Source: Octopus bimaculoides
Lineage: Eukaryota
Length of the DNA: 64,000 bases
NCBI RefSeq assembly: GCF_001194135.2
Contig: NC_068995.1
Coordinates: 13,443,118 to 13,507,117, forward strand
Direction: 5' to 3'
Shown here: piece after piece, positions 13,636 to 24,656 of the stretch
Layout: every line of letters begins with the position of its first letter
Numbering within the stretch: the stretch's first letter is position 1
Notes under the pieces: model-generated
What the model was told of the DNA's origin: nothing
Database searches by the model: none
What the model saw: the letters and a program-made list of their open reading frames with translations, nothing else
Program-made: the position numbers and the translations under genes

Positions 13636-14516
13636 GTTTCTTGTGGACGTTCTGTGTTTCAAAACAATATTTATCAGAGAGAGAATGAGTTTGACAATTT
13701 TCCTAGCTGTGGATAGAGAGTACATCAAATGCATTTCAGCATAGTTAGGCTTTATCAATGGTATTTACTAACAGATACTCACATGTCTAGATGAGATTTG
13801 TCACATCCAATATAGGAAATAGTGAATAAAATATTTACTGGTATTGTGAATAGCTGTCTGAATGAATAAAAATCTGGTGTTTTTAAATACAGCACATCCA
13901 TAAGGGCTGTTATCTCTGGATGAACATTGCAGTAACTTGCCTTTCAAGGATGTATATACATTAAGTATGAGACATAGCTGGCTATCCTAAACAGTGTTTT
14001 AAGTCTTAAATATATTTTCATGCACTGAGCTATTTGGTAGCCATGTTAATTGATATTTCCAATAATTTTTTTCCTTAAAAAGTGTTGATATATTTACTGC
14101 TTCCTTTGCAACTGAAATTATAATCAACCCTTAAGCATTCAGATTATTCTATCAAATTTATTGTTCATTTATTCACATTGTTTTGAATCAATCTCATAGC
14201 TTTGAGATTTCAATGATGTGATTGTTTGTTTTGAATGACATAATGACATTGTCAGGTTGGCATGCAAGGCCAGATCTGTCCAGTTTTAACGTGGAACACT
14301 TAGAACAGTTTGGGCTGGATATGGCACACAAGCCAATACAATACAACAAGGTCCGGACGACCCTGCAGTGGATTAAAACTCTCAGGAGGTGTAAAAGAGC
14401 CAAAAATAGGTTTGAAACTTGAGGTATTTTAGACCTCACTGGAGATTTTATTTTGATGTCATTAAATTTTTTATTTCTGATTTTGATTTTAATTTTTTTT
14501 TTTCCTCTTCTTTCAG

Positions 14517-14765
14517 GCTCTTATATTTTGGGTGGTAGATAATTTTTTAAAACGCCAAATCCGAGAAACAAAAACCCTTTCAATAAACAGCAACGATGTA
14601 TCTGTGAAGTATTTCCGAAACAACGACCGCTTGAAGTATTACAACCATTTAGAAAAGGCAGAAGACTTTGAAACTAACATGCTACTAATGGAGGATGAAG
14701 AGATCAACACATCAACTGTTGGGGTTGGTAACAACAATACAACTACTAATCTTTTACTGGACTGA
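14517..14765 (+). CDS. STIMATE: STIMATE/TMEM110 terminal coding exon (ALIFWVVDNFLKR...NLLLD*)
   Basis: Long polypyrimidine tract plus tttcag acceptor. ALIFWVVDNFL matches TMEM110 ALMFWVVDNFL. TGA at 14763-14765. Confidence 0.92.
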   Translation, partial: ALIFWVVDNFLKRQIRETKTLSINSNDVSVKYFRNNDRLKYYNHLEKAEDFETNMLLMEDEEINTSTVGVGNNNTTTNLLLD

Positions 14766-16391
14766 CAAAACAGAATCTACAATCCATATCTATCTATATA
14801 TATATATAAATATTAACTAGCAAAAGGCTGATTGAAGAACTGTTCATGACTGATTAAAAAGACACTCTCATTGTGTCACATTTATTTATCATTGTTCTGC
14901 ATTTGTATTTCTCATTTCTCTTCATTATTGAAAAAACAAATTCCATTTCATCATTCAAATGAAAGTTCATACATTAAAGTATAGAATTTTCAAGAAAATA
15001 AAATTAATTTTTTTGAATTTCTATTTGCTTTGTTGCTGTTATTGTTTTTTTATGTCACTTTATGTTTTGTCAAAAGTGTCACAGTAAAAATGAACTCACG
15101 GTGATGCCTGTTGTAGGATCCTTGAAGCCACCCGGTTTGTTTACTGCCTAAAAGGAACTTCAGAAACTCCAAGTGATGCTTCTCACTGCAGGAATGTCAG
15201 TTTCTCCAGATGGAACTGCTGACTACAAGATTTCTTAACCTTCCAGGTTTGGCTGTGATGGCTATAAGATTCATTATTATTTGAAATAATCAAAGTCATT
15301 GAATTAATTTTGCTTTGTCTTCACCACATCCCTTATTACTAATTAATGTTTTTATCTCCACATTTGATTTACATTCTCCCCAGTACTTAACTATTTATGT
15401 TCATATAAATGATGTCACTGATTGATTAACTTGGTTTTGTTAGCCAGGTATCTCCTCTGTAGTGAGACAGCTATCCCTGTCCTTCTATCATACTCCAACT
15501 TCTCACCTGGCACACAGCCACTTCTCTTGGTTCCTCTCTTTCTCTCTCTAAGCTGAGAGGTCTTGTAAAATATTTGGCAACCTTGTCGGTGTTGGCACCA
15601 CATAAAAAGCACCCAGTACACTCTGTAAAAGTCATTGACATCAAGAAAGACATCCAATTGTAGAAATGAAGCCGAAACAGACAAAACCTGGTGCAGCCCT
15701 TCTATCTGCCAGCTCCTGACAAACCATCCAACTCATGGCAGCATAGAAACAGACCTTGGTGGTGGTGGTGATGGTGATGAAGACGATGACAACCACCACC
15801 GCCATGTACATGTGTCAGGGGCATCTTCCCCCCCCCCCCCGTCTCTTTTCTCTTTAGAATAGTTCAATTGTTGCTTTTTTTCCAGTCGTAACAATTCCAG
15901 CATTTTCTTCTTTCTGGACTGCTTCATCCAATATGTCCTTCCATTTTTAAAACAGTAAGGATGGGATTTGAAGATTTCGTTGTTATTTCTAGCTGGTTGA
16001 GTGACATGCATTAGCTCATGAATAGTAATGAAAATGGCTGTATGTATTTTCTGGTTTTCAGAAGAAAAGGCAGTAAAACAAAAAAGAGAGAGAGACATAG
16101 AGATCAATACTAGTTAACTAGAATGAGAGGAAGTAGAATAACCGTCTCTAGAGACAAAGAAGCAATAGGCTTCCAGAGAGAGGAATGAGAGAAAGACATT
16201 TGAATTTATTAATCCATTTCTTATGTATCACCTGTAATTTTATGTTGTCATTTATCAACTGAAAAAGCATTGATCGGTAGAATCATTAGAGCATCAACTA
16301 CAATACTTTACAGTATATGTTTCACACCTGTTTCTGTCTTCATTCCTGATCTTTCTCTCTCCAGCCGGGTAACCTTGTACTTCCTCTACAG

Positions 16392-16714
16392 CAGGGGTTT
16401 TCAACCATTTTTTTTATTTGTGAACCCCTTTGATTACTATTTTATTCTGGTAGACCCCCATAGCCATTCGATGTTTAAAAAACTAGTTTTATTGAAACTT
16501 TCTTACAAAATTCCTATTCTGTTTTTCGCACATTAACTTGTGTAGGTTGAACTATGTAAAATGTTAGAGAAAAAGTCTAGCAGTTTCTTGCAATACATAC
16601 ATCTGAAATAAAATTTTTTCAGGGGCCCTTAAAATATTATTGTGGATCTCCAATTTACTGTTTTATTACATGGACCCACAAAAATCTTATATGGACCCTG
16701 GTTGGAAACCACTG
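16392..16714. mobile_element. hAT-type MITE
   Basis: TIRs CAGGGGTTTTCAACC / GGTTGGAAACCACTG. Perfect 8-bp TSD ctctacag. Confidence 0.88.
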
Positions 16715-18039
16715 CTCTACAGCAAGACACCTGTATCCGTCTCATTGTAACCTTTTCATCATCACCTCCAATGCCTCCTCCCCTCTGAAAAGCTTTTGTC
16801 TTGCAAGTATTTGGTGACTCTGTCCATGCAGGTGCCACTTAAAGCGAAAGTGGTTGGTGTTCGGAAGGGCATCTAGCTGTAAAAACCTTGCCAAAACTGA
16901 CCTTAACAACAGTAGCACCAAGTCATGGAAGCAATACAGCATTTTATGTCTTGCTTGAACTTTGTAGAGAATTAATTTTATTTGGAACTGATGAAAAAAG
17001 ACTAACTCTACAAACTTTATGATCCAGTTTTGGTTATGTTGAGGATGTATTCACAAGAAGAGAACTTCAGTGATGTCCCACAGTTGTAGTAACCAGTACT
17101 GTCTTAAAGCATGGACACACTGGGTAGTTATTCAAGGGCTCCGAGGCCTACTCCCAGGGCATTGACTTGCCCAGGGACCTACAATGCTGCCAAGACAGCC
17201 TTGGCAGTGATCTGAATATATATCACTATTTGTATATGTTAAACGTCTATCGTAACTCCTCTGCAATGTTTCACTTCCAATATACAGATGAAGTCAAGTC
17301 ATTTGCCAAACGTGTTACAACTCTGAAAAGGAAGCTAACTAATACTATTACTATAGCCATTGTGTCGTGCTGTTAACCAAGGTACATAACTCTGCTCACC
17401 TCGAGCTAATAGATTTGACTATCAACTTCTTAGAATCAGCTAACAAATCTCAATCCTCTCTCTCTCTCTGTCTATTTGTATGTATGTATACACACACACA
17501 TTTCCCTTCGCTCATGACTGACCATGGGATTGCACCTTGAAAGTTCCCCTCTGAGGCACAAATCCAGGCAAGGTTCTTTGTGGAAGACTAGCAGTCACCC
17601 ATGCATACCAAACCCCACTCTCCACTGATGTTATCCAAGGGAAAGGCAAAGGCCAATACAGCTTGGCACCAGTGATGTCGCAACTCATTTCTACAGCTGA
17701 GTTAACTGGAGCAACATGAAATAAAAGGTCTTGCTCAAGAACACAACATGCAGCCCGGTCTGGGAATTGAACTCACAACCTCACAATCATAAGCTCAACG
17801 CTCTAACCACTGAGCCATGCGCCTTCATGCATGTATATAATTTCTGTCCACCAAATCCACTCAGAAGGATTTGGTCATCCCAGGACCACAATAGAGGAGC
17901 ACTTACCCAAAATGCTATCAAATATTTTTTTCCAATATTACAAAAAGAAAGAACGAAAAAGGTTTGTAATTATTGTAATAATTTAATTTTCTTTAATAAA
18001 AATTATACACAACATGATGGAGAGAAAAGATGAAATGTC

Positions 18040-19074
18040 TCAAGTAGCTTCTCTCTTTTCATCTTCATCATTTGACATGGAAGAATTCAACAATGCATTT
18101 AATTTATTAAAGCATATTTCAGCGACATTAGTTAAATTTGGTTGTAATATATGTAGCCCTTTAAGAGTAAGAACAATTAGATCGTCCATACCATCACCCA
18201 TCACATCAGCATGTTCGACAGCAACAACTGGAGAAGCGAAACTACGGTGCCACAACAACTGGTAACCAGCTTGAGGCTGACCCTTGGAGAATGAAGGTCG
18301 AGTGTTAAACATATCTGATATGATATCAACCTCAGGCGAATAGCTGTTAATATTCCAGTTATCAGGCATGCTAGAATCATCTTTATAGACTGTTTTTGGA
18401 GTCGATGTTAAATCTCCAGTTGTGTATTTGTACATTTTCTTACTGCTGACAGAAAAAGAATAAGCTTTTCTCCTGGAATTCATTGTTTGAAGTTCGTCAA
18501 AATTATCAATTGGGCTTGCAGGTTCTTGAGGTGCTATCGTCTGAAACTTGTAAGCTAAAAGTTCTTGCCCATATGTACCCAACAGCAGTTCATTTTGGCC
18601 ATCAAAGTCAATATCTACTGCACAGGCACACATAACACAGTCAGATTTGTTACTATCAGGAAGCAGAAGTTGGTCGGAGAACTCTTTGTCTAGCACATTC
18701 TTATAGACAACAGAATGTTCAACTGCACTCACAACAAGCAGGTGATAGTCAGACACATCGCACTCAGTATTACTCTCAAGCCCAAGGTGTTCAAGACATG
18801 CAGGGACTGCTACTTTGCTTTCTGACGTAAACAGTAGAACTCGTGTTATTGGTCCATCATGACAAATTGAAAACTGCTTTAAGATGACTTTAGACAATGG
18901 TTCAACTAAAAAGACAATAATTTCACCGTTTTGATGTCCTCTGGCAGTAATTCTTTGTTTATTCTTGTCAACGTAAACAATGTTGATCCACAGAATACAA
19001 CTGGTTATTGTCTGGAACTCTGGAAAATACTCCACAACAGAAACTTCCATAAATGAATGTTCAAGGCTAACATC
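18040..19074 (-). CDS. KPTN: Kaptin (KICSTOR subunit) coding exon 2
   Basis: ttttcag|GAT acceptor. Motifs DGPITRV, QLLLPDS, DIDFDGQNELLLGTYGQELLAYK, LLWHRSFASP, DVMGDGMDDLIVLTLKGLHILQ match the kaptin C-terminal half. TGA at 18040-18042. Confidence 0.95.
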   Translation of the reverse strand, partial: DVSLEHSFMEVSVVEYFPEFQTITSCILWINIVYVDKNKQRITARGHQNGEIIVFLVEPLSKVILKQFSICHDGPITRVLLFTSESKVAVPACLEHLGLESNTECDVSDYHLLVVSAVEHSVVYKNVLDKEFSDQLLLPDSNKSDCVMCACAVDIDFDGQNELLLGTYGQELLAYKFQTIAPQEPASPIDNFDELQTMNSRRKAYSFSVSSKKMYKYTTGDLTSTPKTVYKDDSSMPDNWNINSYSPEVDIISDMFNTRPSFSKGQPQAGYQLLWHRSFASPVVAVEHADVMGDGMDDLIVLTLKGLHILQPNLTNVAEICFNKLNALLNSSMSNDEDEKREAT

Positions 19075-19857
19075 CTGAAAAATAAAAATCAATAAATAGA
19101 TGGTTAAAAATTGGTTTGATGTTTTTCTTTCTTTCTAAAATGAAAGAATCATGTGGTTGGTTAGCAAGCTACATACCACACAGCCATTCCTGCAACTTGG
19201 CACTCAGTTGGTTATGATAATGAAGGTTCCAGTTGATCTGATCAACATTACAACCTGCTCGTGAAATTAACTTGTTGTAGAGGGAGATAAACCTCTACAT
19301 GATTTCTGAACAAACTCTGTATCCACACAGCAATGTCTGTGCAACCATATATAAAATGATCTAAGAAAAATAACTTAGAATGGCCAGTAGCATGTACTTG
19401 AAAAAACAAATAAGAATAAGAAAATCCCCGATGAATAAGTACAGTGAATTCTATGCTTGGCTAGTGAGGCCATAATAAAACTGGAATATGTACGGAGTTG
19501 TTAGCTCCAGCACTTGTTGAGATGTTAAAAATAAACTGCTGTACTAGAAGCCTACTGATATAACAATAAAAAAAAAACTAACTTTGATTAATAATTAGAA
19601 TATAGATGTCTTAACAATGGAACAAAGCCTCACATTTTTATATAAATAATAGAGTAATGTGATCTCTCAACTTCTAGTTAGGTTATACTTTGACAAAATG
19701 AAAATGGAATGTTATAGTCAAAGATCACCCTAATGCTCGCTACATTAAATATATTAATGCTCACATGGTTTCCCTGTGTGAATAGTGCCACATGGTTTTC
19801 CTGTGTGAATGCCTGTACTTAGCAGTAGATTGATAAAAATCAATCTACTGCTAAGTA

Positions 19858-20286
19858 CAGGCGTACCTCAACCTACGTCTTTTCGTGTTACGTCTTTTTC
19901 GACTTTATTCTTATGCTGAGGCTGGGAGGGGGGAGAATTTTGAAGTTGCGATTTTTTTTTTTTTTAATTTTCAGAATCGGAATCTCCATAGCTGAAAACG
20001 TGAGATGAAAGACATTAAACCTCAATTTCTGTCGATTTATCCGACTTTACATCGATTTCAGCGAACATGTTTATAAGCATGAAATTTTTAAAAGAATAAA
20101 GAGGAAAATCAAATAAAATACAGGCGAAAATATGTACAAACCATTTATTAAAACAGATATGAGCTAATAAATTATTTCAGAATGTTTGTGTGTGTGTGTG
20201 TGTGTGTGTGCGAGTGCGTGCGTGCAACGTAGTCTTTCGTGTTAAGTCGCATGCCTTGGAACACGATGTAACCTGAAGTATATCTG
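19858..20286. mobile_element. Tigger/pogo-like MITE in the KPTN intron
   Basis: TA at left. Degenerate TIRs CAGGCGTACCTCAACCTAC / (rc) CAGATATACTTCAGGTTAC. Confidence 0.55.
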
Positions 20287-21493
20287 CATTTACAAGAAAC
20301 CCAAATCAAGTCCAATAATTTAAAACAAATACTCATGAACGTGAGAATCTAACTGAAAATCAACTTGGTTTTTGTTTAAGAAAACTTATAAATTCTTGTA
20401 AGAGTCTTTATGTATATCAAGTATAAAACACAGTAACAAGTTATGAGCGAACGAAGTCTGCTTGATCGCTCGACATACAAGAAATAACAACCAAATCTCA
20501 CTCAAACCACTTCCTACTGTTTTAAACAAGGCAGGGTACAAGAGAATGAAGCCCTATAATTCTTAAGAAGTGCCGATCTAGGTCTTGTAATTATTGCAAA
20601 GTGTAAAATGGCATACAAGTTACTGATTCTCTTATCAGTAACCTTGTTTCAAATTAATGAGACAACTCAATTAAAGGTTCTCGAACTAAACTGAAAAAAT
20701 GTGCTAACAATACCCCCACAACACACACATAATATCGGGTTTAAAACACACTAAAATACCATTTCACTCTTTGCTGTCTGCTACTAAAGCAGAGGAGATA
20801 GAATTATTGAAATTGCGAGTTTCTTATTGTTTTGTATTTCTGATTATTAATGATCATTTATTTCAATTTTAAAAGAATCGTTAACAAACATTTCATCAAC
20901 TATTGGTTTATATATTTTATAATTAAAATATCTTTAATTTTGCTAATAAAAATAATTATATTCTTTTTAATTGTATTTTCGTGTTTTTTCTATCTGCTTA
21001 CTATCAGACAGCAAGTAGTAGTTTGTTGTAGTGGTGGTGGTAAGTCCTGATCCAACAGACATGTGACAGAGCATTCCAGCCTTGGCCATCGCGTCTTTCT
21101 GAATATACTGGGCATTCTTCACTGAAAATTTTCTACAAATATTTTTCAAACAGTGTAGATTACGATTATATCGAAATTAATACGAAAAACAAAAAAATGT
21201 GGTTGAACACATCACATATAGGCCTATTTACAAAACGAAACTAGAAATTTTGAAAAATTTGTGATGTGTGATGTGCACATCTACTTAATTTTTGGTGATC
21301 TTTCGGTACATTCTCAACATTAAATTCTGATATAATCGTAACCTACACCATCTGCAAGGGATTTGTAAAAAATTTCATCAAGATATAAGCCTACCTACTT
21401 TCCTGAAAGTTATGAGGAAATAAAATCAGCTAGGGGAAGAAGGGGTACAAATGTGATCGCTGTCTTTTTTTAACAATAATAATGATTACAAAC

Positions 21494-22015
21494 CTCTCGA
21501 TATAAGTGAACCTTTTTATCATTTCCACTCAATAAGAATACAGTTTCCTTCGAATTTTTCGTAATTAATTGGGTGTGCGTGAGCTGATATGGTATAAATT
21601 CCAACTTCAAATACTGACATATAGGTGTTACTTGATCTGAATTCGGTTTAAGATCCAATTCTTTTTCCCAAGAAGAATAAATATTCAAAAACTGACAGGT
21701 TTTGTTTTCATTTTCTTCTAATTTCAGGAAAGCAATTCCAATTATAAGTTCGTCATCATGAAATACCTTACGAAAAGCGTCGATAGCTACAAGTTCGGCA
21801 TCACCAGGGATATATGTAAATTGGATTTCTCTGGAGGACGGCCGTAATTTGTCTGAATGTTTGTGGTACTCCACGCTCATCACTTTGCCATTCATACATC
21901 CTGTCAGTAATTTTGTAGTGCCATCGGCTTTAGAGAACGTTGTTAAACCATAGACATTGCTTTGAGAAGGAAGGCAACTAAAATGAGCATCAATCCATTG
22001 CCATCTTCCACCCAT
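21494..22015 (-). CDS. KPTN: Kaptin (KICSTOR subunit) coding exon 1
   Basis: First ATG at 22015 (the ORF-track start at 22072 is TTG). Motifs SQSNVYGL, QFTYIPGDAELVAID, FLNIY, ETVFLLSGND match kaptin. GAG|gtttgt donor, 522 nt, phase 0 joins exon 2. Confidence 0.93.
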
Positions 22016-22075
22016 TGTGTTGTTGTTATTATTACTACTGGACTGAGTTATCTTCTCTTTACCGGAACTCAATCG

Positions 22076-22088
22076 TTCTTTCTTTTCC
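22076..22088 (+). promoter_or_regulatory. TCT initiator / 5'TOP pyrimidine tract of RPL12 (predicted TSS C22078)
   Basis: TTCTTTCTTTTCC fits the YYC(+1)TTTYY TCT motif typical of ribosomal protein genes, 124 nt before the RPL12 ATG. TSS not experimentally shown. Confidence 0.7.
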
Positions 22089-22201
22089 GGTTAGCCATTT
22101 ACTGTCTTTGGTGCACCGAATTTTTGGTCGTGCTAATCTTAGCTCATCCAACACCATAGTCACAAAATAGGATTTTATAAAACATCTAAAACACATCCAA
22201 T

Positions 22202-22238
22202 ATGCCACCTAAATTCGATCCGAGTGCCGTTCATATCG
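22202..22238 (+). CDS. RPL12: 60S ribosomal protein L12 (uL11) exon 1 (MPPKFDPSAVHI)
   Basis: Canonical MPPKFDP start. 37-nt CDS then G|gtaagc donor. Confidence 0.95.
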
Positions 22239-24656
22239 GTAAGCCACTATGTTTTTTGTTTGAATACTTTTTTTTGAAACAGCATGTGTTTCTTACATAT
22301 CTGTGCTGGAGTCATACGATATTATAAATGTTTATCATTGTGAACTATTAATTACTTTGCTATTGATCCTTTATTTATACGAATAACTGTTATATATATA
22401 TATATGTATTCATATTTGTGTTTTAAAAATGTAATCTATTTCTGTTTTTAACATATTGAACATAGTGAGCCATAACACGATATTACCCAATTTTTATATG
22501 TAAATGAATCTCCGTCGGTTTCGACGGTGAGTACCCTAATTATTCCAACAGCCGAACGGCGTATACGAGATCGAGTATTCCATACAAAAACGTACCCTAA
22601 ACGTTAATTCTCGAAGGGAATTGCTCTGAATTGCAGGCGCAGTCTGTGCCCCGAGCTCCCTTCTGGTTACTATTCAATTTTGGTCGTTGAATATGTACAT
22701 TAACAACGGCATATTCCCCGCACAAAACGAAAAGGAGTTACATAAAAACATCCTAGAAACTCCAAATGTCTACAAGAATTATAAATTAGTATGGTCAATG
22801 TTAATTAGTTTTTGTCATCACTGGCTCCTTCATTGGTTCTTCCCTGGATGTCTACAATAATTCTAAGGTGTACCGTTTTATGTTTATAAAATATTACAAA
22901 TATACTCACGAGGTTTGGCTGTATTGACTAGAAATTATGGTTAGGTATTTGGCCCGAGATGCCACGCAATACAATTGAGTCTAAAGACATCATGATGGGC
23001 AGCGAACTTAATTTCGCCACAATTTTTGTAAACCTTTCCCTTTGTAACACTTGCAAAAGTTGTTCGTGTGGGTTACTCTAGCATGATTTGTATGATAAAA
23101 AAATATCATAGAAAGGAAAGTGTTGTTTCCTCGTGGTATAAAATCCAACATGTGTAATATGGTCTGAAGGTAAATGAGACATAATTACAGATTGGTGCAC
23201 CTCCCGATTTCCTTTTCTTCATAACTTTGTAGAAAAGTCTGTTTGATTTATAATGTAATTTACATTCTAGCAAACAATTCTGTAGAATGTCATTGAAAAA
23301 TTGGCATTTTCAAAAGAGTTATGAGGAAAGAAATTCGATAAATGTCGGACAATCATCCGTTATTTTTTTTTTTAATTCTTATCAACATATGCGCAGGTGT
23401 AGCTGTGTGATAAGAAGTTTCCCAACCACATTCTAGGTTCAGTCCCACTGCGTTGCACCTTGGACCGCCCAAAGCCTTCTGAGTGGTTTTGGTAAACGGA
23501 AACCGAAAGAGGCCCGCCGTGTATTATGTCTGTCTGTTTGTCTCTACTACAGCTGGACTACCATTGATGGTGTGTTTACGCCGCCCCCCCGTAACATAAC
23601 GGTTCGACAAAACGGCACGATAGATAAGTACCGAACTTTAAAAAAGTACTGTGATCGATTTGTTCGTGGCCGTGTACCAGCATGGCCATAATCGAATGAC
23701 TAAAACAAGTTAGAGATAATCGAAATCATCATTTTTTTTTTTTTTCTCTAAGTTATGAAGAAAGGAAGTCGTTGATGGGGAATATCAATCTAGTTATGTC
23801 TAAAAATCTTATCAAAATCTATCGCTGCCGTTTGATTTGCATGTTCGCAATGTAAATTGTAAATAATAAACATAATGTATGTGTAAGCTTGAACGATGTA
23901 AGTTTCTTGATATCATTCCGAACGTCGCTCGAAAGATGAGGCATATTCGAAAAGTCTGCAATGTTCGTTTTCGGGAACTTGTTTAATATGGGATACTTTT
24001 AGGGGGCTAATGCAGTTTCAGTCCCACTTTTAGTTTGAATCTCCTTGTACCTAACATTGATAAATAAGGAAAATAGGCACTGTCATGCTATTAGCGCCCA
24101 AGGTGCCACACAGTGGGACTGAACCCGGAACCATGTGGTTGGTAAGCAAGCTACTTACCACAGAGCCACTACCTGGATCATGGTCGCTCGTGCGTAACTA
24201 TCGGATTAGATTATTATGGAATTTTATCCTTTTCAGTAAAGTAACTTTTTTTCAATACCTTTTGGTTAATGTTTACAATATTACCCGGAATAAAAAATTA
24301 AAAAATGGTGCAACGAGTGTTTAAAGATGTATAGGAAACGAATATGAAAACAAGAACGCGCGGAAAGTAATGGGGATGGGGAGAAGAATTCGGAAAATTC
24401 ACAAGATCCGAGTTTTTTTTCTTCATATCTTTTAGGTAAATTGGTGGGGAGGTGAAATTTTATATAAATACCCCTTTTTTGCAATGACCCGAGGTAAAAT
24501 AATGGAAAATGGCCTATTAAACAAAATTATGGACAGATGTTATCACCAGTGCCACGATAAAATAAATCATATGGTAACATCTTGTCTGTGACAAGAGATT
24601 GACTAGATATTTTGGCCCAAGATGCCACGCAATACAATCGAGTCTTAACACTCATG

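Noticed and set aside
22016-22072. 19-aa N-terminal extension of KPTN (MSSGKEK...NNNNNT)
   Set aside because: The ORF-track start is TTG, the segment contains an AAC/AAT microsatellite, and it has no kaptin similarity. ATG 22015 is preferred.
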